Made by a program: the position numbers and the translations under genes. Below the pieces are notes generated by a model, which saw only the letters and a program-made list of their open reading frames with translations, made no database searches and was not told where the DNA came from. A DNA stretch of 63,282 nucleotides, counting the filler, from Choristocarpus tenellus KU-1152 (Eukaryota > Protista > Phaeophyceae): assembly GCA_964200185.2 (NCBI GenBank). It is 8 parts of 8 records of this genome, joined end to end, with 100 filler letters (N's around TTAATTAATTAA, not from the genome) between each part and the next. Parts side by side here need not be neighbours in the genome. Positions count along the whole stretch, not along the records: positions 47,436 to 52,408 come from CAXNAD020012321.1; positions 52,509 to 57,362 come from CAXNAD020012783.1; positions 57,463 to 63,282 come from CAXNAD020009676.1; 5 more parts are not named here. One strand, written 5' to 3'. This document shows, one piece after another, positions 48,871-63,100 of the stretch; the stretch's first letter is position 1; every line of letters starts with the position of its first letter.

Positions 48871-51065
48871 CAACGCAAACCCTTCAATAATAAAATCATA
48901 GTGGGCAAGCCGAAGAAGGGAGCATACAGACAGCGGGACAAGGGTCGAATCATCTCAGATAAAAAAAGAAAAATCATAAACACTTGGCTTCCTACTCTAG
49001 GCCTCGTTTACCTTGCAACTCTTCCAAATGTTGTTTGATGAATGATCAGCTTTGCCATGGGTTATGCTGTAGTGCGCTTTTTATAGATGTTGTAGTACCT
49101 TGAATTTTAGATATATTTGCAGGGTGGTTGGTGCTGGGCTGGTCAACCAATAGGGGTTGGCCTGTCTTAACCTGTGTGTGAAAGAAATAATCATATCCAG
49201 AATAGACTGGGGCAGTGTGGGTAGCTGAAACAAACTTACATTATGCACAGGAGAGTTAACTGTGGGCTATGGTAAGACAAACCAGAGGATACTGGCATTT
49301 TTGTCGGGTGGCATGTAGTCAGAGAAGGTTAAAATAGGTCTCACGCCCAGCTTTCATGCCAGACCCAGGGAGTGTAGCAAATAGCAAGATGTTTCGAGGT
49401 CCTTCCCTTCTCTCCCCTTCTAACCTGATCTTCTAGAAGGTGTAGTTGCAAAGTGATATAGAGCTCTACCGTGAAGGCCAATATCTTTCCTTCAATTCAG
49501 GGTGTTTCTTTTCATGCTGGTTACATGCTTGGTTAAGTATGAACGACTCTAGAGCAAATCACTTCAGAGATTGCACTCCCTTGCAAACAAACCACAAATG
49601 GACAGTGTTTGGTCGTATTCCAAATCAATATCGGTTAAAAATATGTTTTGCCAACCCATTTCATAAGAATAGATGAAGTGCCCAGACCCAAAAAACTACG
49701 CAGCCAACTCTTCACCCTACTGAAAGCCAAGCGTCCTGACATTGCTACCATTTCTGGGAAGTCAAGGTCTAGACTGTCAGATTGAACATCCATCATGATG
49801 GCTAGAAGTTTCATCCAGCATCACTGAGAAATCTGAATCCCTCATGATCCTGAAACCTACCCTCTTGCTCCCTGAAGCACTTTGCTACAGCCTCTCCCTT
49901 TCATCATTGAGGTTATGTACTTCATACCCTCAAGAGACTGATGGCTGCATCCAGTATACACAATTACTCTTTGATGTCATGCTATCTATTTTAGGGTGAA
50001 ATCCTGTCAGAAGGCACTGGAGGCAACACAAATAACATAACTATTTATATGGAGACCTCTCTTCCAAAAATCCTTCAAATCTTCACATCAATGCAAACAA
50101 ACTCTGAGAGAGGGTGCCGTCGAAGCCTCTTCCTGGGGTATAGCGTTAGAGCTATGCTGAAAACTAAGACATGTTATAATTGCTATAGAAAACTTCATCA
50201 CAAGTTTGTATGGATGCTGGTGTACCTTCTACCTCATGACAAATTATTATCTCAGAATTCCCGCATCCTCTCTGATTTAACCTCCCTAAATGTTGCCCAG
50301 TTCTGGAGTTGTGGTCTTGGACCAGTTCAGGGCTAAGGACATATTATGCTTTGCCGATCATGTGTTTATCTTCTTCACCTAGAACTCTATTGTACGTCGT
50401 ACCTGCAATGTGATATTTTCTAAGTCCATGTGAATCGTAGCAATTTAGTTGAAACTAGTCAAGGATAATTATAGAATCCTCTGTACTGCAATCAAAGGGT
50501 GCCATTGACTTTATTGTTTTCTCAAGTATATGTGTTCTGCATGCTCTACAAAAAATTCCTTTCTCTGTCTATCTTTGTGTGGTGTGCACACCTCTTGAGT
50601 TTAGAGTAGTAGCTAATTGTTTCAGTATTTTAAAAGCAATCTTCACAAACCAGAAATGCTCACTGGAGTTGACAGCACTATATTGTGTAGAGAGTTTGAA
50701 ACACACAGCACACAATTCTTCAGCAATGAATTGATGTGATCTGTCCTCCCCTTACATCAGTAGAGTACAATGATACAACCCTGCCTTGGACATCTTGCAC
50801 CTCTTGAGCCCCCAACCCTATTCATGATCAAAAATTGAATTTGATGACTAAAAACATAATTTTCACGTTACTCTATATGTTACCATGCCTTTGGATCCAT
50901 AAGATGTTTCTCCAGAGAAGTAACTATCATTAGATGTGAAGAGGTGGATATTGTAACAGAATGCCCATAGTAGCCCTACATTATCCGAGCGAACACTGGT
51001 GTAAGGAACGGTATATCCCTTGGCAGCGTTATCGCAAGATATTCATCTTAGTGCAAATGCAATTC

Positions 51066-51450
51066 TGTTAACAAAGCATAAAGAAAATACCAAAACGTTA
51101 GTAGTTGCAGGGACCACGCACACAAGACGATGTTACAAGGGACATGCAGGAGTGAAAAGGAAGAACACCTTCACCGCATGTTTACCTGAGGAAAAGACAC
51201 TGATGCAGCAACGCCAATCAAGCACAGATCATACTCCCACCTCAGTCCCTCTCATTGTGTAGGATAGAATGTGGATCCCGCACTTCCCATTGCCTAGTTT
51301 TTTTTGCACATCAGACGGTCAAATAAAGGGGAATCCTTGTCCCCATGTGCCCACATAGACCTTGAATGAAACATGCATGTTGTATATTTCAAGTGGCAGG
51401 AAGTAGGTTGTGAAAATAATTTCGTCGGGACAATTGTTTACAAATCCCAC
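51066..51450 (-). pseudogene. Decayed coding repeat of unknown family, copy 2
   Basis: VGFVNNCPDEIIFTTYFLPLEIYNMHVSFKVYVGTWGQGFPFI*...SSGKHAVKVFFLFTPACPL*; homologous to 29690-30051. Confidence 0.55.
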
Positions 51451-52577
51451 CAAGTGGCAGAGAGGCGCTTCATTGCAACATAAAGTTCGAGAATGTGAGC
51501 ATGAACAGAGGGATAAACAGTGCCGAAATGCTAATCAATATCTGTCGCTGAAGATACTGAGTGTAAACCAAGCCAAATATTCCCAAGTGATACTTGTAAG
51601 TCCTGTGTTAGGAACAGGTTGCGAAGGCAATTACCCTCAAACGATGTTAGATGTAGGTCTAGTAGTAGAAAATACTCCAAGAAATAGGCAGCCCACACGG
51701 ATATGAGTTCTTGATTTCCATGGGGTCACAAAACAGAGACTAACACGAAGCTAGACGTTATTACAAATCAGCCAAGGCAGTCAGGGGGGTGTAACCCTCC
51801 TTTGTCATGAAGGCAATAGGTACAAGGCAAGGGGTGAGGAAGATTGAAGTTGAAGGATTGGTATAGTGACCTTGGAAAAAGGAGAAGGAACTCAGTGAAT
51901 CTATAAGAGGAATATGGATAATATACTAGAGGTGCATTTCATTAACACCCAAGAAGAAAAAAAGTTGAGTCATATCACATCCATCCAACCTGAAAACACA
52001 ACTCTTCACAGGTCATCCTAACAAAGCTAAGGGAATGGGAAAAAGAGGGACACAAAAATAGTCAGCCCCCAATTAGAGAAACACACTGAAAAAAGAAACA
52101 TTAAGCAGACAGAGGTGGTGGTGGTTGCTTGGGCTGTCTTAGCTGCTGTTTCACCATGATATGTACATCCAATATCACAGCTTCCTTGGAAAACCACTCA
52201 CCTTGTTGTGCTGCCAACGACATACTCATGCCACCTGTCTTGGTTGGTTTCCCTTGTGTTCCATCCCTCAGCTGTGATCCCAAAATTCTCGAGGTCGTTT
52301 TGCAGGCACACCCACCAGTTCTTCTCCTGTCCACCTTCCTCTCGTTTTCAATTTGCAAGCCAGAACAATCCGGGTCAAAGTATCTTGGGGGGGGGGTGGT
52401 TTGTGAGGNNNNNNNNNNNNNNNNNNNNNNNNNNNNNNNNNNNNNNNNNNNNTTAATTAATTAANNNNNNNNNNNNNNNNNNNNNNNNNNNNNNNNNNNN
52501 NNNNNNNNATACGGCAATAATGGTATATTAATAGAAAAACATGCTTTCCTCATCTACCCTCCAAGATATTTTGACTC

Positions 52578-52849
52578 AGGTCTTCGAAATGCTTGGTGAT
52601 GGGGGAGCAGTTTAGGTCCATTGAGGAGATGTGAAAGTCATTAAGAAACAGTATGAGGAGTATAATGAAACCACACCTGAGAGGGCTTGGCAGCTCCTTC
52701 TTGTGGTGTACAATCAAGTACTTAGATACAAAGGGGGGAATGACTTCAGTGTGGAGCACAAAGGGGTAAGGAAGAGGCAGTTGTCTGGTGAGCTTGGAAA
52801 CCTGCCGAAGGTAGACATGGAGGCTTTTTTGTGGCTGATAAAATTGTGA
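52578..52849 (+). mobile_element. Mariner-like (plant/stramenopile type) transposase C-terminal remnant
   Basis: FRSIEEM/VKVIKKQYEEYNETTPERAWQLLLVVYNQVLRYKGGNDFSVEHKGVRKRQLSGEL matches the post-DDD tail SI.ELV..V..A...Y....L...W..L......GGNDY...H. One frameshift; cut upstream by a MITE terminus. Confidence 0.7.
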
Positions 52850-53214
52850 TGGATGGTGAGTAATAATAATAAAAAGAGCTGAACCTAACCAGAGATTCAT
52901 CAAGGGTTCCGAATCTTCTTTCAGAAATGAATTTTATCAACATCTTCAAAGGTTATGGACAACGCGGCACAGTCTTATTGCACGGAGCTGGTACGTTTTC
53001 GTCTCAACAAAGTTTTTGTCTATAATATTCTTAGTGTTGTGTTCAATCGCGCATCCAGCACACAACACACAACAGTCCGCCTGCGCGCAGTTTTCTGTCA
53101 AGTACTGAATTTGAGTTTTGGTTGATTACCCCTTTAAGATGATATGACCTAGCCGATACATTTATGTAGTATTGGTCTTTAGGTCCGTAGCCCACCAACA
53201 GGATGCTGTGAGTG

Positions 53215-55923
53215 ATGAAGGTCTTCGCAGTATTGACTCTCCTTCTTCGTCTTGGGGTTGGGAATGGATTCGCACCTTTGATTTCAACGGGCGAACTGTA
53301 TCAACAGTATCAAAATCAGCACCCTCAAAAACGGGTCTTCGGCCCTTCAAGTGCAAGGTGTAGGGCTTCTCAGTCGACCTTCCTTGCTATCGACATTGGA
53401 GAACGTCGATCAGATCATTCATGCGAGAAGGAAGATGGAAAATCTGGGAGTGATTTCCCCAACCTTACTCAGGGAGTCGTCCTTGCCTACGGATTACGAG
53501 AGGAAGGGGTGAAGGCTGCCCAGCGGATCGTGGAGGAAGATACCTTGATGCGAACAATTTTCCATTCGCTTGCACAGGTGCTGGATGCCTCTGCCTATCT
53601 TGATGATACTTTGGATGAGGTAAGTCTTATGCCAGATGAAGCTATGGAGATACTCCTTGCTTTTTCGAGGGCGTGTAGTTGTGAGTGAGTGCCATCATTG
53701 ACCCCTACGATAGCAATGGTCGGCCCTCACTGACAACACAATGCTCTTCACTCCTCCACATTTTACCTGGTGATTGTGTATCCCCTTAATCGATGCAGGT
53801 ATTGGAATCCTTGCACCAAAAAAACACAACTACACGAGATGATTTTAGAGCCTCAGAAGGGTGCGAGAATGCTACTCCAGTTGCTATCTCGACCGAAAAC
53901 GTGATACTTCCACCTCTCTTGCTGGTACTCCCGCATGGACACCGTAACACCCACAGAAAAAATATAGATGACGAAGGACTGGCTCCTCTCATGATTGCCC
54001 TAGATGCATGCGACGACATTCCGATGGCAATAGTGACAGGACCAGGGTCGTTGGCATCAGAGGATAGGTAATGAATTGCTACGTGAGAATGTTTGCTGTT
54101 CATTACCCCTTCTTTTGTTCAGACCCTAATATACTACACTTTGCAAAGGTTCAAAATCTCACAGTCATACAATGCCTTTTACCTCTAAACCTTCCTTTGT
54201 GCTCCCACTACTTCTTCCCCACAATCAATTCTTCCCTCCATCCCTCCTTCTGAACTGAGAGCAATCTGGTTTATCGATTGTGGCCATTACAATATCTTGG
54301 TCCTTGTTTTCTCCTCTCTCTCTGCCTGTTGTTATTGATGTCTGACTGTGTTACACATTTCTCCATATTTTACATGCATTTTTGCTGTGATATCTTTTGG
54401 GGCGATCTGCTCCTATGACGAACGACTCCACCACGATCCTCGAAAACTCTCCAAAGGGGCTGGCCGTCACAGAACCAAACATTGTTGGAAGTGTGGAAGG
54501 ATGCGGTACACCGACATTCGAGGTGCGGCTTTGAGACTTCATACCCTAGCTAAACGTGTAACCCTTAGCCACATGATGCACCCACCCACCCCGAAAGCAT
54601 TACTTATTTCTTTATTTGCAGATTTAAAGGTCTTGGAATAATGAGACATTGGAAGGACTCCTCACTGTCGCTGACGACCCATCTATTGAGCAGTGCAACA
54701 CATCGAAATAGACTGGACAGTCAAATCTCTGTTGTTGTCTATGAATCTGTTGGGTTCGTGGTCATCAAGTGTACTTCATGACCAAGTTGTCCCTGAGGGA
54801 TTTCGGAACTGTGTTGTACAGATTGAATAGACACTGCAAAAGCCTGCCTAGCACGACTGCATCATGCACTCCCATATACTTTTTCCTTCATTTTTTACTG
54901 AATTGCAATTTTGCACAGGTCATCTTTGATGAAATAGGTATGGTCTGTCTGGTCCGACAACCTCCCCAGACTAGCCAACAAGCGTTGCCAATTTTAGAGT
55001 GTGACCCTGAAAAATTCTGTTCCTTATTGTGAGTAGATATTATCTTGGGGTGAATGTCAATCTTTGCCACAAGAGTTGACCTCACTCTCAATCTCAGAGT
55101 TTTGTTTCCTGACTCCAACACTTAATTGCAAGTTCAGTGGACCCCCGATGTCAACTAATCACATTGGTAATGCTGGGGATGGCTGGGTTGCTATCTTTTC
55201 CGTTTGTTGGGGCTTGTTTTCATCCCCAAACGTTCTCTCAAGGGTGAATTTTCAAGATAATTACATCAAGGTAATTTCATGATAGTGCGATGGGCCTCAC
55301 TTCTGAGTAGGCAGAAGTGATGTGCAAATGTGTTAAACCTGTGATAGATTCAGGTTGCAGTTCGCGTTTGATAACTACTTGGATGCCATTCAATAGTACT
55401 TGCTAGAGGAACAAGTAGTTTTAATGCTGGTACATTTGTACCTTCAGTTTGCCATCCCGTGTCACTCCAGCCTACCTCCTGGCATTGTATTATCTACCAA
55501 ATCATACTCTACTGACAAACCTGCCAACAGACTTGGTATTCTCCTTTCCCCCAGACCCTGAGCTCGGTTTTATTCCCTTACAAGAATGAATCGACACCTG
55601 AGGCATGTTTGGAGCATCAATGCAGCAAATTATATCTGTTATTCTCAAACCCCTCACCCCCCCTTCAGCCCAAATGTACCTCCAATACGCAATCGCCAAT
55701 CTGGACTTCTTGCTTAAACCACAAAAATAGGAGACACCGGCTAATGCGTCCAGTAAAGGTACACCCTACGCCGTGGACGCCGTCTATTGGTGGTGTTTCC
55801 GTTGCCATGAACCTGGAGCTTGATGGGGCATGGGTTGATTGCTCCCTGTGTTCTCGGCTGATGCCAGGGGGACGAGTGAGGGATGAAGGGGAGGAACAGC
55901 GGCAGCGCTGGGACACAAGCAAG
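53215..55923 (+). CDS. Plastid-targeted protein, N-terminal region DUF3783-like (partial)
   Basis: Exons 53215-53619 and 53799-54067 are in frame: MKVFAVLTLLLRLGVGNG-FAP... (ASAFAP motif), VVLAYGLREEG...LDDTLDEVLE...PPLLLV...PMAIVT. A further probable exon is 55754-55923 (VAMNLELDGAWVD...WDTSK); intervening exon(s) are unresolved. The domain name is a tentative recognition. Confidence 0.65.
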
Positions 55924-58900
55924 GTGAAACAAACAAATTGACTTACTCCAGTTACGTTAGTTTTGATTACTTTAGGTTGTGCAGAGGAGGTTGAGGGTCA
56001 GCTGATTTTTGACAAAAAATGTTTTTCGTTTCTGTACTTGGATGTGCTAGTATATACGAGGTGGTTTGTAAGCTGTGGTTTTTCTTTTTTTTTTAGTCCT
56101 TCCAGGGCGTACTTCATCTTGAGATGATTTGTCGCTAAGTTGAACTTGGTAGCAGTCAATTTCGGTTTACTTGCTTGAATCATGTACATAAGCTCAGGTT
56201 TTGTTTTGTGAACTGTCAACCAACCTTTGGTACAGATTTCTGATTTTCTTCCTCTCCCTAAGTAGTTCTTGTTTAAAGCCTGTTAGGGTTAGTGGCATGT
56301 GTTGTTGGTGACTGTTACCCAGCAGGGTGTGTACTAGAGCTAATTGTTACTAGTAGACCATGATCCACGGCAAGGACATAGCTGTTGACTCTCCTGATTT
56401 TTTTTTTTGTACAGGTCACATGAGATCTGACTCTGTAGGTTTAGCACAGGCCCAGCTTCATGTATCCCTACCTCTACCTGTGCCATTGTCTCAGTCTCAG
56501 ATCTGACCCAGGGATCCACGCTGTGTTCCAGAAGGTGGTATTCAAAACCAGAACCAACCTGTGGCACAAGCGGAGGTGATACCCCAAACTGGGCGAGGAC
56601 CTGGGGTTAGAGCATAAATGGGACCTCGATGTGGCATCCAGCCTTTGCTCCACTAACACATTTTTTAACAAGACAAAAGAAACTGGTACCTCACTTATCC
56701 ACAAAGTCAGGCTCGAACCGGGCCTGGACCATCAAGATTCAATACCTGACCCAGGACTTGCACTGCGCCCCCGGATCCGCACCTCTACTATGATAGTGTG
56801 CCAGAAATAGATATACACCGAGGTCCAGGACCAACTGTATTATTTTGGGCTTTGACTCCAACCTGCACCAGTGTTTCTGGCTTATGCCCAAAATGGAACC
56901 AGAACTACAGACTGCGCCTGTCTTCTTCAGACCCAGAACTGAGATCTATCCGTATGTAAAACCTGAACCTGGACCAGTTGCCTCAGATATGGACCCGAAC
57001 CGAGCCCTGTGGTGAAGTGGGGACCCGTAAAAATTCCTGTGAGGCTTGCAATACTCAGCCTAATGGTAGAATTAGTTGGGGTTTTTTTTGGCATAGCAGG
57101 CACCTACCTGCATGTGCAAGTTCAGAACAAACTATAAAATCCCGCGCACATAGGAGGTGCCTTGCTTGGATTTAGGCAGGGTTGATTGAGCATGGAAGGG
57201 CAAAATACGAGGAGTGGATGTAGGAGTTGGGCCCGATAATGTTGCAGGAGTTGTCGCAAGGTTGAACTCCAGGGAAACGAAAGGTTTCCCTCTATACGGC
57301 AGAACACTGAGTATGCCTGATGAAGGGGGGGGAGGGGGAGGGGGGGGGGGGGAAGGCGGGGGNNNNNNNNNNNNNNNNNNNNNNNNNNNNNNNNNNNNNN
57401 NNNNNNTTAATTAATTAANNNNNNNNNNNNNNNNNNNNNNNNNNNNNNNNNNNNNNNNNNNNCAGGTGTATCACCTTTATCCTCTTTGATGATTTTGGGG
57501 ATACTTTAACATAAGTCTCCTACCAGTTTTTACCCTATCATCAACAGAGCATTGAAGCACAAACATCACCCACAAACGCTAGAAATATATCCCAATTAAA
57601 AGTTCAGACACTTCTCCCCCAACTGAGTGACAAAAAAGGGGAAAAACACAACTAAGGCAAGCAAGGCCCTGCTGAATGCCTTAGTCGGTCACGTTATCCA
57701 CCATTTTACCCTAGTATTACACCATGATCTCACAGTAGAAGAGGGTAGTCCAAACCAACACTAAAACACCATCAAACAATAGCTAACTGTGCATATATAT
57801 GGTGGACAGAGGGAGCTCCAAGCACATAATTGATCCAACCACGACCAAAAGTCCTTTATTGTATGTTCTCGGAATTGTTATCATAGTGGGATAGGTCATT
57901 GGCTAGACTTCCCACTGTACACATCACATGTACTTGTCCATTGACAGGCATAGTTGCTGCAAACATCTATTTGTCAGGGGAACCAGTAATTGCCGTAGCT
58001 AAAAAATAACAGGGACTCCGTCACCACTCTGAGCACAACAGCCAGTGCCAGAGTGTGTATGAGTTTTATGTAATGTACACAATAGGACTTGGTGGGTTCA
58101 CAGAATGTCTTTGAAAAATGACCCAGGCCGTGATGAAGAAGCCTGCATTCTCTGTTCTGTCTTCCCTCAAACCTTCTCCCCGATGTTAAAGGCCATGTTC
58201 CCCTCAGTAGGTCGGTCATCCATAGAGAGAGATCAAGTGGATAGATCTCCTGACCCATCACATCCTACCCAGTCAAACATTAAAATGTAAAGGAGTCAGG
58301 CCCACCACAAAGAATGCATTTCCATGAAACTGGGCTGGGGTTGTAGTGGGAGTGAGGACACAGCAGTGGCAGTTCAAAGTTACCTCGCCAAGAAATATAA
58401 CCTTGCCCATGGTTGCTACTTACAGGCAACATTCTCAACCCTCTCCACTCCCTCTCGTTCTCCTGTTTAATCCTAAAATGATAAACACGTCCCACTAGAC
58501 CTCCTCTACCCAACCCTAACTCAGGGGCCCAGTATCAAACGCCTTATCTATTGTGACACTTCAACACACACTTCGTAAGTAGCATTTTTGTCTCTTTACT
58601 TTGTTGTTCTTCTATCGAAGGTGAGATAAATGTGACACATATTTTTCGTCCCACAGAACAAGTTGAATCTTCCGTAAGGTATACCTCGAATTCTATTCTG
58701 CTATCATGAAGGTACTAGCAGACATAAAAGTTACTACTGGTGACATCAGATCAGCATCAGGATGTGTCGAACTTACAAGCCCCACTATTTTCCACCTGTC
58801 CTGTTACAGCTCTTCTGAGTGACCTTTTCCTTGAACACAGAAGGTTTCCTTGTCTCTGGTTTCCACTCCCTTTCAAACTAAAGAGTCTGTCTGCTGGTTC

Positions 58901-60163
58901 CATCTGTTTCATAGGGGCCTCCTCATTGAAATTAATTGAAGTTAAGAACAAAATTGCACTGGCACGATTGAAAAGCGCACGAAAAAGCTGTGTTTTCCCA
59001 CTAATTTTCAATTTTCTTAATGTTAAATCGCGTTGGGACGGGTCAGATTTGAGTCGGAGCCTACTCGAAAAAGAAATGTCATCACAGTGGTTTTTTCTAC
59101 ATGTCAACAAGATGAGAAATGAAAAATTTCTGGTCCTTCAACTTAAAAAGTTCCACATAGAAAATCAATTTTTCGCGATAAAATACAGCGGTAATATATG
59201 CAATCCAATGTCTATGGATAGGTCCTCACTGGTCTTCTTATTGCTGAACCATGTCAGGTGAAAAAAAACAAGTACTTTCCATTTCCAGTCAAGCATAAAA
59301 CTACAGGTTGCATATATATTCCACCTGTTGAAGTTTCCCATTGATTGCAACTCACAAATAGTAATCATACTTCTCTTACGTTAGAATTATGAATCTTCAT
59401 ACTTGACGAAACTATCCATGTCAGGTGAGGGGAAGATTTGATGAACAAACTCTGTACGTAGCCCAATTCATGGTCCTTCTAGAATTTAAATCGCAATTAA
59501 ACGAGTGTGTGTGTGTGTGTGTTTTTTTATGGTGGAATAAGTCTTCAAACCAAAATGGTATAATAGTAGCAACAGTAACTGTTCTAGGAGAATCCATCTC
59601 CTTCGAGATAGACAGCCAACACCAAATAAGAAATAGAACCAGCACAGAGATCCACCTCTTGGGTGCTTCCAACATAGCATTGCTTTTGGTTCCCTGTATA
59701 GGAGTGATAATACACTGTGCATTAACAGCTAGCTCATGGAAAGATGTAATGGACCTTTTGTCTGTCCATCCCAAAGGTAAAGTACAAAGAAGAAAAAGAA
59801 GGAGGAGGAGGAGGAGGACATGCCAGGTCCTGCCCCGCCCTGCCTAAAAAAATCAAAATAATGAGGTGGATATCCAAAGTGGACATGACCACAAAATCTT
59901 TGCTTTTTGTTATTGTTGCATGGTCCTCCTTACAATAGCCACAAAAGCCAACTCATAAATACATAAAAGAAAAAAAAAATCATACCGCACAACCAGACCA
60001 TCCACTAACAAACTCTCCCCATAGCAGGGACCAGGATTTCCCATTCGTCCCCACTACCTACCTACCTACCAACCCCAAGGTCGTGTACCAAACACCACCT
60101 TGCTCATCACAGTCCTCTTGCACTACAGGACAGCTACAACAGCTACTTTGGAGAGAGGGAGAA

Positions 60164-63100
60164 TTAAAAGCCGGGGGGGAACTGAGCGACCTGTGCCACT
60201 TCAGTTACAGTTCTCCCTCCTTGCTGGTAGGTGATCTTCAATTTCATCATGAGGGGTTTGGTAGAGGATTGCAGGCTAGACGTGACCCGAATCACCTGTG
60301 TGACTGCAGCAACACTGGACCAAAGACCAAAGAGAGGTGAAAAAAAACGAACAGAGGGGTGATCTTGAGACAATACACAACAGGAAATAGTGACACATTT
60401 CTTGATGAGAACAGTGAATGACATTCATGCATTCAATCATGTGCGACCAGCGTTTGGAAATATTTTATTATATTCTTAGGGTTAGGGTGCAACAAATCAA
60501 CAACGACCAAAACCGTTTCAACTGTGGTATAATCACAACATCCTGTACCACCCACACTTCCATTTATACCCTCATACCACGTAATCGACCAATATGCTCT
60601 TCACACCAACAGTCACTAAAGTCAGATGATTTTTCTACGTGAACCGGCACCTAAATCTCCTCATTCCATACACAAATTATAATACTTACAATTATCTTAT
60701 TATCGTCTTATTATTATTTACAAGAATATTAAAAAAACACACACCACATTCATTGCCCTCACATTACCCTACAATATATGTATGTGCAAGACCTGTGCCA
60801 GTCCAAGGGTACTAAATAAGGTGTACTTCTATGTGGTGTACCATGTCCCAAAAAGGTATAGATGAGTGAAATACTTTTTACTTCTTACAGTGTCTTCCCT
60901 CTTGTGAACCAACCTTCCAGGAGGTAGAACATGCCCTGATGCTGGCTCCATACGCATAGTGAAAGCCTTGGGTACAGCAACCTGGAACATTAGCTTTGTC
61001 ATCTCCTGCTCTCCAGAAACAAATCAGGTGTAGAGAAAAAGTCAAAGGTTAGGGATAGGGTGTATCCAAACCTAGATATTGCAACCACCTCACAAAACTC
61101 AGTAGAGTTATTCTAGAAAAAATATATAAAAAGAGTCAAGTGTGCGAGTGGTATTTTTGTAATCCATTTTATTTACCCACACTATTTTTCATGAAATGGT
61201 GAACCATCCCTCTCTCTTGTATGTAAAATTGTGACAGTCCCTCTCTCTTCCATCGACCAATTCAAGGACGCCCATGGATGTGCTAAACACTCTTAAGTTT
61301 GCCTATCTTCTACTCCTCTCTGTATCACACACATAGAATGTTGTCAAGGTGAAGGGTATACCCCCCCCCCCACACATTTTAATCCAAAAATGACTTCCAA
61401 GATTTCCTGTAACACCATTACTCAGTACTGTCCATAAAGACATCTGTCTCAACCTGATGAAGAGATAGCAACACGAAAGCATTTATTTTCTCAATTCTGT
61501 ATGTGTTGGTTATCTCATTGGCGTATCATGCGAATATTGCCCTATACACTGTCCTGCTGCATCCCCTACTGAAAACACTTTCTCAATATATATATATTTT
61601 TAATGAAATACCCACACCAGATAACAAAATACTAATCTTCCAGGAAAGAATAATATTACCCCAAATATAAATGAAGAGGAGGATAACGCACACAAACATA
61701 AACAATCACTACCTGTTAAAGACAAAATAATGAAAAATAACTATTAGAAAGTAACTGCTGTAGCAACACACACTGCACATCACACTTGAAATAAAATTTA
61801 AAAAAAAGCGAGTCATCATGCAACGTCCACATTACTGTTCTGATTATTGAGTACACTCAAAGTAAGGGATGTTGCACAAAGTGTGTGTGTCAAACACTAT
61901 TATATCATCGTTGCTATTTGGTGGAAAGAGGGAAGTAAGGCTAAAGAAAAGTTCTAAAACATATCTCACCTCTAGAATTTTCTGGTTTTGTATTTTCCGA
62001 TGATCAGTTGGCACTAATCAGTACATGCAATTAATATTATCTTCAGATTAATGTTACCCACAACATCATGGGGTCCATTTAATCTACATTAGATAGAGTC
62101 AGATATGACACATCAACTGCACTTCACTTACAAAACAAAAATAATTAAAGGACTCTTTTCAGCTTGAAATAGGATCTCTATTAATAGTGTGGTACAACAC
62201 AACATAATGTAAAAAATAAAAATAATCCAAGATAAAATTGCGAGTCTGTATCACTACAGTTGAAATTCAATTCAAATTCAAACATAAAAAAACAAAATCC
62301 TATCACATAAAACACATATTTAATCATTTTTATTATCTTGCCTCAGTGGAGGTGTTGGTGAAGCGTGCTGTGACAATGGTGGAGTTGTTCCCATCGTCTG
62401 ACTTGGTCAAAATAAAATCCACCTTCATTCCATTCTTATCAAACGCCTGCAAGGATAATAGCAGGTTGTTGGTTGGTTGTCAAAATTATACAATTGCAGG
62501 AGGGGCAGGAAGGACGATGAGGAGAGGAGAGGAGAGGAGAGAGAGGAAATGACTTCAAAAAGGAAACTAAACTCAAAAAGAGACCTCAAAAAGAGTTTTC
62601 AAAAGACTTCAAAACAAGAGGCAATGGTCCACACTGAAAGGAGACAACATTTACACTGTTACAGAGACACATGAGAAATAAAGCCGGTCAATATTGATTA
62701 AAATAAAGTTTACACACAACCACTATCCCACATCAAACCCCCTAACCCTAACCTTGAAAAAAAAAACATTTTGAGAGCATTTAAACCCCCCTCAAATGAT
62801 TCTATCCAGGGAAGTAAAATATTCTAACTGACAAAAAAATCGGACATTACCACCAACCAGGGGATTGACAGACCAGCATGATATGATCTTTAAAAGTATT
62901 CCAACAGTATGTATACACACATACCAATTGCAGTATAAAATCAACACTTCATACCATCATCATTCTTTCACAGTTAGTCACATTGTTTCCACCAACCCCT
63001 ATCAATTATACATCAATTATATACCTACTTCCCTGGTTCTATCAAAGGGACTACAAATACAATTAATTATACAAATAAAAAACAATTGCCGACAACAAAA

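Noticed and set aside
52201-52270. Orphan exon-like segments with good splice sites (also ~19054-19107, ~19256-19290 and ~13716-13810, all minus strand)
   Set aside because: They may be real exons, but they could not be linked in frame to a recognisable protein.
56710-56732. tRNA T-loop/B-box-like ggctcgaacc
   Set aside because: No cloverleaf or A-box; it lies in the hexamer-rich tract. No tRNA or rRNA gene was recognised in the window.
58740-59261. 173-aa ORF overlapping a 117-aa antisense ORF
   Set aside because: No domain signal or splice context; it looks like non-coding repeat-derived DNA.
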